Part shown: piece after piece, positions 22,173 to 32,265 of the stretch
How the letters are laid out: every line of letters starts with the position of its first letter
Position numbering within the stretch: the stretch's first letter is position 1
NCBI GenBank assembly: GCA_977020255.1
Contig: CDROCS010000410.1
Location: 186,001 to 250,000 of the forward strand
Length of the DNA stretch: 64,000 bases
From: Obrimoposthia wandeli
Taxonomy: Eukaryota
Direction of reading: 5' to 3'
Notes under the pieces: model-generated
What the model was told of the DNA's origin: nothing
Seen by the model: only the letters and a program-made list of their open reading frames with translations
Databases searched by the model: none
Translations under genes and position numbers: made by a program

Positions 22173-23585
22173 CTAAAGCTTAATGTGGAATGATTTTGGC
22201 CGTGTTAACGACTCATAACCTAAAGCGGATAAGGTGCAGCCTCGCCCCGAATTTTTAACCCCTGTCCACGCCAAAGCAGGATCGAGGTAATCACAACGAT
22301 TAACAAAAAAGGTGCCAGTTTCCAGTTGCTCGCCAATCGTAATAGCAGTCTCTATATCTTTGGTAAATACTGACGCGGTAAGACCAAACTCAGAATCATT
22401 CATCAACGCGATGGCCTCCTCATCACTCTCGACTTGCATGATGCCAATAACAGGACCAAAACTTTCTTCGGTCATCACCCGCATTTGGTGGCTCACATTG
22501 GTTAATAATTGTGGTGCGAGATAAGGAGTGCCGACTTCATTCATTGGAAAATCATCTGCGTTGATATGCCCAGTAGCACCCAGGGATATAGCGTCCTGTG
22601 CTTGCGAACGTACGAAGTCAGCCGCAGATACTTTCACCATTGGCCCTAATGTGGTATTTGGATCATCAGGTCGGCCAAGCTGATAGCCGTTAACGAGACT
22701 AACTGCCTTACGCACAAATTCGTCGAAAACACGGCTATCTACATAGATACGTTCAATACCACAGCAAGATTGACCTGAATTGAAAAACGCACCATCAATA
22801 CAAGTAGCCACCGCATTATCAATATCAGCGTCACCGCGGACATAAGCAGGATCTTTACCGCCAAGTTCTAAGCCGACACCAATAAAGCGACCGTTAACCG
22901 CCCGTTCAACCATGGCGCCACCAGCAACCGAACCAGTGAAAGCCACATAATCAATACGACTATCTTTTATCACCGTTTCGGTATTTTCATGGCTAAGGTG
23001 TAAATATTGAAATACTCCGTCTGGTAAACCCGCTTGTTGAAAAGCGTTAAATAATTGTTCCGCGCACAATGGCGTCTGTGCTGAATGTTTTAATACCACG
23101 CTATTACCCGCCATAATGGCTGGCATGATGGCATTAATCGATGTGAGGTAAGGATAGTTCCACGGGGCGATAACAAATGCAGTACCCAAGGCTTCACGTT
23201 TAATGTAACGCTTGAAACCTGTTTTTTCTGGTAATTGAATAGGCGCTAAGGCAGTTTCTGCTACATCAATCATGTAACGCGATCGCTCTGCTAAGCCCGC
23301 GACTTCACCACGTGCATATTGAATTGGCCGCCCCATCATCCAGCATAATTCATTAGCGATTTCATTTTCATTGGCGATGAAGGCATCAACCATTTTATGG
23401 CAAATTACAGCGCGTTCTTGCAATGAAACATGGCACCAATTAGCTTGTGCGTTAACAGCCTTTTGCAAAACGCGATTAATATCATCACTATTTGCTTGTT
23501 CACGCTTAACATAGATTGAGTTATCAATGGGTGAATACGTTTGCTGTATGGTCCTTTCCTTTTGCTCTTTACCTTCGTCTGTCAT
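22173..23585 (-). CDS. Aldehyde dehydrogenase
   Basis: PWNYP, FTGS, LELGGKDP, FNSGQSCC, EESFGPV. Confidence 0.95.
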   Translation of the reverse strand: MTDEGKEQKERTIQQTYSPIDNSIYVKREQANSDDINRVLQKAVNAQANWCHVSLQERAVICHKMVDAFIANENEIANELCWMMGRPIQYARGEVAGLAERSRYMIDVAETALAPIQLPEKTGFKRYIKREALGTAFVIAPWNYPYLTSINAIMPAIMAGNSVVLKHSAQTPLCAEQLFNAFQQAGLPDGVFQYLHLSHENTETVIKDSRIDYVAFTGSVAGGAMVERAVNGRFIGVGLELGGKDPAYVRGDADIDNAVATCIDGAFFNSGQSCCGIERIYVDSRVFDEFVRKAVSLVNGYQLGRPDDPNTTLGPMVKVSAADFVRSQAQDAISLGATGHINADDFPMNEVGTPYLAPQLLTNVSHQMRVMTEESFGPVIGIMQVESDEEAIALMNDSEFGLTASVFTKDIETAITIGEQLETGTFFVNRCDYLDPALAWTGVKNSGRGCTLSALGYESLTRPKSFHIKL

Positions 23586-23599
23586 TATCGCAGTGCTCC

Positions 23600-24970
23600 C
23601 TAGATAATTTCAAAATAACGTTCGAGTTCCCAATCCGTCACCTGCTTTCTAAATTCACGCTCTTCCCATTCCCGTGTCGCGGCATAATGTTGCACAAAGG
23701 CTTCACCGAATAATTCTTTCGCTGCTTCAGAACGCTTTAGTTTACGCGCGGCATCAAATAATGTGCGTGGTAAAGAAAGTGCTTCAGGATGGTCTTGATC
23801 GTAAGCATTGCCTTTGACTTGTGCGTGAGGTTCAAGTTTCTGTTCTACTCCCATCAAACCCGAGGCTAATGCCGCGGCGAGTGCAAGGTACGGATTCGCA
23901 TCGGCAGAGCCCAAACGATATTCAATGCGCTGAGATTTGGCCGAGCCCGGTATAACCCGCAATGCTGTGGTACGATTTTCAACACCCCAAGTAGCATCAA
24001 GCGGTGCCCATAATCCCGGCACCATACGGCTATAGCTATTTACAGTGGGCGCGATCATCGATAAAAACTCGGGCATGTATTTTTGCTGACCCGCAAGGAA
24101 ATGACGTTGGGTATCACTCATGTTGTAGGCATTATTGGGATCATGAAACAGCGCCTTGCCATTTTTGTCTTGCAACGAAATATGGATATGACCACTTTGA
24201 CCTGGCCAGTCACTCGACCATTTCGCCATAAAGGTGGCCATTAAGTTGTTACGCTGTGCCCAAACTTTAATGAAGGTTTTGAATAGTGCCGCCTTATCAG
24301 CCGCATCTTGCGCGTTATCATACGCAATAGCTGCTTCTAATACGCCAGGGCCAGTTTCGGTATGTAGACTCTCTAATGGAAAGTCCATCTCTTCACCTAA
24401 GGCCATAATTTGATGATGTAAATCGGCGTGTACAGAATTACGAATAATAGAATAGCCAAAACAATCCGGAGTAAGTGGCGTTAAGTTCTTATAGCCTTTT
24501 TCTCGAACGGATTCAGGAGTCTCTTTAAACATGAAAAATTCGTATTCAAATGCAGCCGTCACCGTGAATCCCATGCGCTCAGCACGATCTAATACGCGGC
24601 GTAACGTACCTCGAGGACAAATCGCTTCAGCTTGATCGCAGAATTCAGCAATGAATAGCAGCATATTGTCTTCGGCAGGCAGATCACGGCAAGTTTCAGG
24701 CAAAATACGGACTGGCGCATCAGGATAACCAGTATGCCAACCTGTGTATTCGACATTATCGTAAAGCTGATCTTTTGTGTCCCAGCCTAAAACCACATTA
24801 CAAAATGAAAAACCACCATCAAGCGCAGAGAAGAACTTCTCCTTACTCATATATTTACCACGCATAACACCGTCGGTATCAAACAAACCAACTTTGATAT
24901 GGCTTAGCCCGCGTTGTTCGATAATGTGTTTGGCGTCGTCAACAGTCTTCACATCTCTGGGATTGAGCAT
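23600..24970 (-). CDS. Glutamine-synthetase-like gamma-glutamyl-amine ligase (not a canonical GlnA)
   Basis: HTETGPGVLE, GQSGHIHISL, WGVENRTTALR, RIEYRLGSADANPYL; clustered with ALDH, ADH and GATase. Confidence 0.9.
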   Translation of the reverse strand: MLNPRDVKTVDDAKHIIEQRGLSHIKVGLFDTDGVMRGKYMSKEKFFSALDGGFSFCNVVLGWDTKDQLYDNVEYTGWHTGYPDAPVRILPETCRDLPAEDNMLLFIAEFCDQAEAICPRGTLRRVLDRAERMGFTVTAAFEYEFFMFKETPESVREKGYKNLTPLTPDCFGYSIIRNSVHADLHHQIMALGEEMDFPLESLHTETGPGVLEAAIAYDNAQDAADKAALFKTFIKVWAQRNNLMATFMAKWSSDWPGQSGHIHISLQDKNGKALFHDPNNAYNMSDTQRHFLAGQQKYMPEFLSMIAPTVNSYSRMVPGLWAPLDATWGVENRTTALRVIPGSAKSQRIEYRLGSADANPYLALAAALASGLMGVEQKLEPHAQVKGNAYDQDHPEALSLPRTLFDAARKLKRSEAAKELFGEAFVQHYAATREWEEREFRKQVTDWELERYFEII

Positions 24971-25170
24971 AATACATCCTTATATTACTAAGCCGATGTT
25001 GGCTAAGCTGATAATGAGTGACAGCATCATTATGAGTATAGGAAGTAGAAGTGTGTTGTGATGAATAAAGTGAGAATAAAATGAAATGTAGCGATGAACT
25101 ATAAGCTATGAACTATGAATAAATCGTATTGAAAGGCTGGTATTGAAAATACTATACTGAAAAAAAGGCA

Positions 25171-25206
25171 AAAAAAATGGCAAACCCATAAGGCTTACCA
25201 TTTTTT
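25171..25206 (-). terminator. Intrinsic terminator of the cold-shock gene
   Basis: Minus strand atggtaagcc-ttatg-ggtttgccat followed by T7. Confidence 0.75.
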
Positions 25207-25245
25207 ATATTATTTAGCTCTGAATCAGAGCTAAATACATAGCAA

Positions 25246-25452
25246 TTAAAGTGCTACGATGTTTTCAGCGTTAGGACCTTTTTGACCTTCGCCTACTGTG
25301 AATTCTACTTTCTGGCCTTCAGTAAGGGTACGGAAACCTTCACTTGAGATAGCGCTGAAATGTGCGAATACATCTGGGCCATTTTCTTGCTCGATGAAAC
25401 CGAAACCTTTAGCTTCGTTAAACCACTTAACTGTACCTTGAACTTTAGACAT
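25246..25452 (-). CDS. Cold-shock protein (CspA family)
   Basis: RNP1 KGFGFI and RNP2 VFAHF; 68 aa. Paralog identity not determinable. Confidence 0.97.
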   Translation of the reverse strand: MSKVQGTVKWFNEAKGFGFIEQENGPDVFAHFSAISSEGFRTLTEGQKVEFTVGEGQKGPNAENIVAL

Positions 25453-25597
25453 AATAATATCCTGTAATCTTAATTTTGAAATGCCTTAATAGGCTTGGAT
25501 AGCGTACAAATTTTGGAACTTAAAAACTACAGAGCGTGGTATTATGAATAAAACAACGAAATGGAGAATGTAAACAAAAGTTTTCTTGCTGAGGGAC

Positions 25598-25625
25598 ACT
25601 ATATAGATTCTTTAAAAAAAGTCAA
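25598..25625 (-). promoter_or_regulatory. Putative sigma70 promoter of the csp gene, implying a ~140-nt 5' UTR
   Basis: Minus strand TTGACT-N16-TATAGT. Long 5' UTRs are typical of cold-inducible csp genes. Confidence 0.6.
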
Positions 25626-25851
25626 AATTATTATTGAAATAAAAACAATCTGCCTACGACAAACCCATCTCAAAAACCACATTAAAGATTACTATCATAT
25701 GGTTAGGTAATTAATAAGCCTTATTTTATTTATATGTACTTATTAGCCTTGACGAAAAAACACCCATAAGTGCCTAAATACCAAGCTTGCATGACAACAA
25801 CACTGAGGTTATTCTGCTCTTATATTATGGATAACAGACTAAAATACCAGT

Positions 25852-26766
25852 ATGACAGTAGCATTTACATTACCAATCATCCTTGATGGTGGCATGGGCC
25901 GGGAACTACAAAGTGTTGGCGCACCTTTTCAACAACCAGAATGGTCAGCGCAAGCCTTAATTGAAGCGCCTCATTTTATCTCGCAAGTACACGCTAGCTT
26001 TATACAAGCTGGCGCAGAAATCATTACCACCAATACTTATGCATTAGTGCCCTTTCATATCGGTGAAAAACGTTTTAATGAAGAAGGTGCGAGCTTAATT
26101 AAGCTTGCAGCTCAGTTAGCACGACAGAGCGTAACCGATCACCCAGAATTGTTAGTCGCTGGTTGCATCCCACCAGTACTCGGCTCTTACCGACCAGATT
26201 TGTTTACGCTAGCAAAAGCCAAACCTTTACTTGAAGTATTGATCAACAACCAACAGGCTGATGCCGACATTTGGTTAGCAGAAACAATATCTTCAATTGC
26301 AGAAGCAGACATGATCAAAGCGCGCACTGCAACCACAGATAAACCCACCTGGATTGCATTCACCATTAAAGATGAAATGACCACTACGCCTGCTTTGCGT
26401 TCTGGTGAATTAGTTTATGATGCTGTGAGTCAGATTGCAGGGCAGCATGTGTCCGCTATCTTGTTTAATTGCAGTTGTGCTGAAGTCATGGAAACCGCCC
26501 TTACAATCGCGAAACAAGCTTTAGTCGATCGCGGACTAGCAGATAGTGTGCAGCTAGGCGTCTACGCAAACAACTTCCCGCCAATTGGCGATCTGCATGA
26601 AGCGAATGATGCTGTCTCCGGTATAAGAGAAGATGTAGAACCACAAAGATACCGTGAATTTGCGACAACCTGGATCAATGCAGGCGCATCAATCATCGGC
26701 GGCTGTTGTGGGGTATCGCCTCAACATATTAAGGCATTAACCGCACTTAAAAAGTCACACTTATAA
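25852..26766 (+). CDS. Homocysteine S-methyltransferase family protein
   Basis: LDGGMGREL, LFNCS and IIGGCCG zinc-binding cysteines. Confidence 0.92.
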   Translation: MTVAFTLPIILDGGMGRELQSVGAPFQQPEWSAQALIEAPHFISQVHASFIQAGAEIITTNTYALVPFHIGEKRFNEEGASLIKLAAQLARQSVTDHPELLVAGCIPPVLGSYRPDLFTLAKAKPLLEVLINNQQADADIWLAETISSIAEADMIKARTATTDKPTWIAFTIKDEMTTTPALRSGELVYDAVSQIAGQHVSAILFNCSCAEVMETALTIAKQALVDRGLADSVQLGVYANNFPPIGDLHEANDAVSGIREDVEPQRYREFATTWINAGASIIGGCCGVSPQHIKALTALKKSHL

Positions 26767-27660
26767 TACAGAGTGTGTGCTGCTTTTAGGCGTCATATTA
26801 AAATGGCGCTTAAATTCACGACTGAATTGCGAAGAACTTGAATATCCCACCAACCTTGCTGCATCATTGACTCGTAGACCTTCAAGCTGGATAAGCTCTT
26901 TGGCTTTATTTAACCGCACCTTCTTTAGATACTGTAATGGGGATTCTAATGTCACCTTGCGAAACGCTAAGTGGAAAGCAGACACACTCATGTTCGCTTC
27001 TTCTGCCAGGTATTGCACCGTCAACCCTTCAGAATAAGACTGATGCATCTTAGTCAAGACTTTCGCCACCCTTGCATATTGTCCGTCATGATGGGCTAAA
27101 TCAAACAGCACATGCCCTTCTGACCCGACAAGTGCCCGATAGACTATTTCCATGACCAATGCTTCACCCAACATTTTACTTTCTAAGTCAGAATGCAATG
27201 CCTGCATTAACCGCTTGCAGCTTTCTAACATCGGCGAGGCCATTTTCACCGAGCTTAACCCACATGTCTCTTGGTTACTTCGCGATGCATAATCAAAAGA
27301 GTTCGATTCCAATTCATTGACTAAACGGTGTAACAAGGTCGGGTCTACATTTATTGTTAACCCTAATAAGGGTACGCCATTCTCGGGAAACGCTTCACAT
27401 TCCAGCGGCATAGGTACACCCACTACCAGATAGTCTTCAGGACCATAATGCACAGGTTGATTGCCTATGTGTATATGCTTACGCCCCTGCCCCATCACAA
27501 TTATTCCCGACTGGTAGACAAAAGGCTGACGTTGGTTACCTTCACTACTACGATAAAACCACACACCCGGAATAGCAGTTTCTTTAATGCCCTCCAGATC
27601 GTTAAGATCGTACGCATCCGCATATGTTTGCATTAACTCGCCAAGAGAATTCATCGTCAC
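26761..27660 (-). CDS. yqhC: AraC-family regulator, YqhC-like
   Basis: C-terminal double HTH (ANMSVSAFH...SPLQYLK; VGYSSSSQFSREFKR); divergent from a yqhD-like gene. Confidence 0.8.
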   Translation of the reverse strand: MTMNSLGELMQTYADAYDLNDLEGIKETAIPGVWFYRSSEGNQRQPFVYQSGIIVMGQGRKHIHIGNQPVHYGPEDYLVVGVPMPLECEAFPENGVPLLGLTINVDPTLLHRLVNELESNSFDYASRSNQETCGLSSVKMASPMLESCKRLMQALHSDLESKMLGEALVMEIVYRALVGSEGHVLFDLAHHDGQYARVAKVLTKMHQSYSEGLTVQYLAEEANMSVSAFHLAFRKVTLESPLQYLKKVRLNKAKELIQLEGLRVNDAARLVGYSSSSQFSREFKRHFNMTPKSSTHSVL

Positions 27661-27801
27661 CCTTAAATATAGCCATCACTTGTGTATTAAAATACTCAAA
27701 ATAATAGAAATAGGCAACTTAATTGGAGAATACCGCCTTTTTAAAGTGTTAATTAAAGAGTAATATGCACTTATTGAATAAATCAAAATAAAGGACAGAC
27801 C

Positions 27802-28950
27802 ATGAAATTCTCTTATGTTAACCCTACTCAAATCCATTTTGGCCAAGGTCAAATCGCGACAGTCGCAACCTCTATTCCAAAAGATAAAAAAGTATTGGTG
27901 ATTTACGGTGGTGGTTCTATTAAGAAAAATGGCGTTTATGACCAAGTTTGTGATGCACTGAAACAACACTCATGGTCAGAATTTTCAGGTGTTGAAGCAA
28001 ATCCAACAGTAGAAACCCTAGACAACGCAGTAGCGATGGCAAAAGAACAAGCTATTGATTACATTCTTGCTGTTGGCGGTGGTTCTGTTATTGATGGTGC
28101 AAAATACGTTGCTGCTGCAGCTATGTACGAAGGCAATGGTTGGGATATTTTGATTGGTAAGCATCAAGTAACGGAAGCGATTCCACTGGGTGCAATTCTG
28201 ACATTACCTGCAACAGGTTCTGAATCAAATTCAGGTTCTGTTATTACGCAAAAATCAACGCAAACTAAATTACCGTTTATGGCTGATGCTGTGCAACCTA
28301 AATTTGCTGTACTTGATCCTGATTCAATGAAGACATTACCAGAACGCCAATTAGTGAATGGTCTTGTTGATGCTTGGGTACACGTTTGCGAGCAATACTT
28401 AACAACCGCTACGGGCACTATGGTTCAAGACGGTTACGCTGAAGTATTACTTAAAAACTTACTAACATTAGCTGAACAATACGATGAACGTGATAACAAC
28501 GAATGGCGTTCAAACTTAATGTGGACAGCAAACCAAGCGCTTAATGGCTTAATTGGTTCTGGCGTAACACATGACTGGGCAACGCACATGATTGGCCATG
28601 AATTAACAGCGCTATACAATGTTGATCACGCACGTTCGTTATCGATTATCCAACCATCTTTATTACGTAACCAAATTGAAGCGAAACGCGCTAAATTGGA
28701 ACAGTTAGGTAAAAATGTATTTGGTTTAACAGCTTCAGCAGATCTAGCTGAACGTACGATTGTTGCTATCGAAGCTTTCTACCATGACGTTAAAGTACCA
28801 ACACAATTAACTGAACACGGTGATGATAAAGTGGCTGCGATTGATACTATTATCAAGCAACTTGAAGCACACGGTATGGTTGCATTAGGTGAAAGCCAAG
28901 CGATAACACTAGCTGTTTCTCGTCAAATTTTAGAAGACGCAGTAGCGTAA
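27802..28950 (+). CDS. yqhD: Iron-containing NAD(P)H-dependent aldehyde reductase/alcohol dehydrogenase, YqhD-like
   Basis: YGGGSIKKNG, AVGGGSVIDG, LTLPATGSE, DWATHMIGHELTA. Confidence 0.88.
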   Translation: MKFSYVNPTQIHFGQGQIATVATSIPKDKKVLVIYGGGSIKKNGVYDQVCDALKQHSWSEFSGVEANPTVETLDNAVAMAKEQAIDYILAVGGGSVIDGAKYVAAAAMYEGNGWDILIGKHQVTEAIPLGAILTLPATGSESNSGSVITQKSTQTKLPFMADAVQPKFAVLDPDSMKTLPERQLVNGLVDAWVHVCEQYLTTATGTMVQDGYAEVLLKNLLTLAEQYDERDNNEWRSNLMWTANQALNGLIGSGVTHDWATHMIGHELTALYNVDHARSLSIIQPSLLRNQIEAKRAKLEQLGKNVFGLTASADLAERTIVAIEAFYHDVKVPTQLTEHGDDKVAAIDTIIKQLEAHGMVALGESQAITLAVSRQILEDAVA

Positions 28951-29006
28951 TAGCGAGATAAAAACGCACTAAATACTAGTCGTTTTACTTGCGAGCATTA
29001 AATACT

Positions 29007-29042
29007 AAAAGCCAATACTGTTAATCCGGTATTGGCTTTTTT
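29007..29042. terminator. Bidirectional intrinsic terminator
   Basis: aaaagccaatactg-ttaatc-cggtattggctttttt between convergent genes. Confidence 0.85.
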
Positions 29043-29049
29043 GTATGGT

Positions 29050-29982
29050 TTAATCCGACTCAATAACAAGTAAATGTTGTTTCATAAAATCAATAAACAC
29101 GCGGTTCTTATTCGGCATGTATTTACTTTGCACATATTGAAGACAAATATCACCGTGGTAATTACCCTGTAACTGCCAATCTTCCAATAGCGGAATCAGT
29201 GTTCCAGCCTTAATCCCCTGCTGCGCGATATAATCCGGTAAACCACCAACACCAAAACCTTGTTCGATGGCATCACAGCGCATTTCACTGTGGTTGATCA
29301 AGTATGATCCTGTCACGTGCACAGTCGCCTGTTGATTTTTATTGCTAAATTTCCAACGGTTATCAGCCATATTTTCACCTAAACACAGGCATGGTAGATA
29401 CTTTAAATCATCAGGGTGAGTAGGCAGTGCATGGTTTGCAAGGAAGTCAGGGCTGGCACATAGCACCTGCTCAACGCGGCCAATCTTCACATTGACCAAT
29501 GCCTCAATCGGATTGTCATTAATATGAATCAAAAAATCGACACCATCATGAATGGGATCCAAAACACGATCGGTCACTTTTAAATGTAACTGAATATCTG
29601 GATAGCATTTTAAAAATTCAACAAAAAGTGGTCTTAATACCCTACTCGCTAACGATTTTGGCGCTGCCACTCTTAATAACCCGCTCACCGTTGATGTAGC
29701 AGAAGTACTTGCATTAACCGCTTGCTCTGCAGACTCAAGCATCTGTTTACAATAATCGAACGTTATTTTACCTGACTCGGTTAACGCCAATTGTCGCGTA
29801 GTACGTGCTAGTAATTTAATGCCTAAGGCATCTTCTAACCGACTAATTTGACGACTCACCGCAGAGGGCGTTATACCGAGTTTTCTGGCGGCTTTACTAA
29901 AGTTCCCTTGCTCAACCACAGTGACCAAAATAGCCATATCGGGCAACAAAGGGATTATTTTATTTGTGTCCACTAGGCACAA
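29050..29982 (-). CDS. LysR-family regulator divergent from a LysE exporter
   Basis: GNFSKAARKLGITPSAVSRQISRLE, RTTRQLALTE. Confidence 0.93.
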   Translation of the reverse strand: MCLVDTNKIIPLLPDMAILVTVVEQGNFSKAARKLGITPSAVSRQISRLEDALGIKLLARTTRQLALTESGKITFDYCKQMLESAEQAVNASTSATSTVSGLLRVAAPKSLASRVLRPLFVEFLKCYPDIQLHLKVTDRVLDPIHDGVDFLIHINDNPIEALVNVKIGRVEQVLCASPDFLANHALPTHPDDLKYLPCLCLGENMADNRWKFSNKNQQATVHVTGSYLINHSEMRCDAIEQGFGVGGLPDYIAQQGIKAGTLIPLLEDWQLQGNYHGDICLQYVQSKYMPNKNRVFIDFMKQHLLVIESD

Positions 29983-30088
29983 GTCCTTTTACAAATGGGT
30001 GTATTGTTTTAAATCCCTCATAAATTAACATGGCTGCAGCGTAATAAATACATTGCTGTAAGCATATTTTAAATAATGAGAGGTAAAT

Positions 30089-30730
30089 ATGGAGTTGTTA
30101 ATAAATACATATATGGCTGAAATAATAGCGGTGATCACCATTGCGGTTTTCATGGTGGTGTTACCTGGGGCTGACTTTGTGATGGTGACCCGTACGAGTA
30201 TTAACCATGGTCGTTTAGCTGGTTTATATACTAGCTTAGGTATGTGTTTATCTGTTTGTATTCATGCCAGTTATTCAATTGCAGGGTTAGCCGTCGTCAT
30301 TGCAAAGTCGGCCTGGTTATTCAATTTAATTAAATACTTAGGAGCCGCTTATCTTATTTATATTGCTTGGCAGTTATTAACAACACGCGCGCTGTTAAAT
30401 ACCGGTCAAAACAATCAAGCGGTTCAGATGTCCCCCTTTTCAGCGATTCGTTTAGGTTTTACCTGCAATATATTAAACCCTAAAACATCTATCTTTTTCT
30501 TAAGTATCTTTACGCAAGTGGTGTCGGTCGATACACCGTTGATAATGCAAATAGGCTATGGGCTGATCATCATGCTGGCACATTTCATCTGGTACATTGG
30601 GGTTGTATTACTGTTATCACATCCAAATATACTACCTCGCTTCAATCGCCATAAACAAAAGATTGATAAGGGGGCTGGATTTATATTAATGCTGATTGCG
30701 ATCAAACTTAGCTTAATGAACTCCATTTAA
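30089..30730 (+). CDS. LysE/RhtB-family exporter
   Basis: PGADF, KYLGAAYLIY, GFTCNILNPK motifs. Confidence 0.92.
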   Translation: MELLINTYMAEIIAVITIAVFMVVLPGADFVMVTRTSINHGRLAGLYTSLGMCLSVCIHASYSIAGLAVVIAKSAWLFNLIKYLGAAYLIYIAWQLLTTRALLNTGQNNQAVQMSPFSAIRLGFTCNILNPKTSIFFLSIFTQVVSVDTPLIMQIGYGLIIMLAHFIWYIGVVLLLSHPNILPRFNRHKQKIDKGAGFILMLIAIKLSLMNSI

Positions 30731-30735
30731 ATTGT

Positions 30736-30754
30736 TTAAATGAGAATCATTTTC
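30736..30754 (+). promoter_or_regulatory. Fur-box-like site
   Basis: ttaAATGAgAATCATTtTC matches 14 of 19 positions of GATAATGATAATCATTATC; 55 bp upstream of the 30809 start. Confidence 0.65.
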
Positions 30755-30808
30755 AAGTAGGATGTACTTTCATACATCACATTATCCTAGTTAGGCATCA
30801 TCAATCAT

Positions 30809-32086
30809 ATGCAAAGCGAATCATTAGAGCGTCTTAAGAAAGCATTCATCTCTGGTATTTGGGCTACGCTAGCCAGCATTAGTGTGGGCTTCGCCTTTAA
30901 AATTTGGCTGGCACAATGGGTAGCGAAAGGCGATCTGGCTTTGTATCACACCGTCGTTGATATCATCTCACTGTCATTAATTTTAATGACAGGTTTTCGA
31001 TCTTCGATGGTGGTTACTTACTCTCAAACACACAACGACCGTGATATTATCAATATCTTCCGTTTCAGTTTAATTGCGATTGTACTGATTACTTGGGGTA
31101 CCATCATTCCATATATTAAACATTCACTTAATATTAATGTTGGCTACTTGCAAATGGTTGGCATCATCTTCGGCATGGGTTTAAAGATCTACTTTACCAA
31201 CCTTGTCGCCATGTATCGTTTATACGATGTGTCCAATAAAGTCACCTGGCTCGAACCTATCAGTAATGTGGTTATGTTTGTGTTCTGTTATTACGTCTTA
31301 GCGCTAGATACACTTGCCTCTCTATTCTACGGGCTTACGCTATCTTCGCTTTCTATTGCGATTTATATGTATGTTCGTCGTAAGAAATCGATCACGACAC
31401 TTCCTTTAGCTCTAGTGCACCTTGACCCGCCGCTTATCAGTTACGTGAAGAAAAGTTTTACCGCGTCTCTAGAAGCTGGCGCCAGTATTTTAATGATTTA
31501 TATCACAGTACTCTTGACGATCACCCACTTTAGTGTAGATGAACTCGGGGATTTCCAAGTGGTCGTTCGCCCTGTATTTACCTATATGACAATGCTATTC
31601 GTTTTCCCTATTTATCGCTTTGTGCTACCTGAATTAGCGGTGAATATACGCAACGCCGACCATGAACAAGTGAAGCAAATACGCCGATGGGTATTTAAAT
31701 TATCAACTATCGTTGGCATATCATTTTTCTCAATTATGTATTTTTGCGGAGCTTCGATTATAGCGTTGGTATTCCCACCCGAATACAGTGGCGCGCTACC
31801 AGTATTGCTCCACTTCTCGATCTTCTTTGTATTTATGATGTTGAATGCTTATCAACTTGCCTATATAAAAGCGCACGGACGATTTACCCTCAGTCTGTTA
31901 ATCCGAATTATGGGCATTGTTACTTTGGTTACGGCCTACTATCTACTGTCAAAAATGACTGATAATGTTGTCGCTATCATTACCGCCTTATGCACTGGAT
32001 ATGTCGTCATGTTCATTTTATCAAGTATCGCAGAACGCCAGATTTTAAATGAACAGACCAATAAACTCGTGCCCATTGCTGCTTAA
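30809..32086 (+). CDS. Orphan polytopic membrane protein of MOP superfamily appearance (Wzx-like flippase / MATE-like)
   Basis: 425 aa, about 12 hydrophobic helices in two halves; ELGDF..., LPEL and VFPPEYSGALPVL positions resemble Wzx-type flippases. Confidence 0.7.
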   Translation: MQSESLERLKKAFISGIWATLASISVGFAFKIWLAQWVAKGDLALYHTVVDIISLSLILMTGFRSSMVVTYSQTHNDRDIINIFRFSLIAIVLITWGTIIPYIKHSLNINVGYLQMVGIIFGMGLKIYFTNLVAMYRLYDVSNKVTWLEPISNVVMFVFCYYVLALDTLASLFYGLTLSSLSIAIYMYVRRKKSITTLPLALVHLDPPLISYVKKSFTASLEAGASILMIYITVLLTITHFSVDELGDFQVVVRPVFTYMTMLFVFPIYRFVLPELAVNIRNADHEQVKQIRRWVFKLSTIVGISFFSIMYFCGASIIALVFPPEYSGALPVLLHFSIFFVFMMLNAYQLAYIKAHGRFTLSLLIRIMGIVTLVTAYYLLSKMTDNVVAIITALCTGYVVMFILSSIAERQILNEQTNKLVPIAA

Positions 32087-32265
32087 TCAAACATAAAATC
32101 GAGTAAGTGCGAGTCCGCAACTCTTTAAGTACACAAACAAAACTAAATTTTAACGTGTTACGATTGTTAGCATAATCCGAAAACTGTATATAACAGCGTA
32201 AAAATAAAATTTACCAACTTACCAACGTTTCGGTTTAATACATTTTATATTTTTAAGGAAGTTTT

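Noticed and set aside
23600-24970. Housekeeping glutamine synthetase glnA
   Set aside because: Lacks glnA-ntrBC context and the GSI-beta adenylylation-site motif; neighbours indicate a glutamylation pathway.
26761-26766. Overlapping stop codons (ttataa) of the convergent methyltransferase and AraC genes
   Set aside because: A common compact tail-to-tail arrangement with no further signal.
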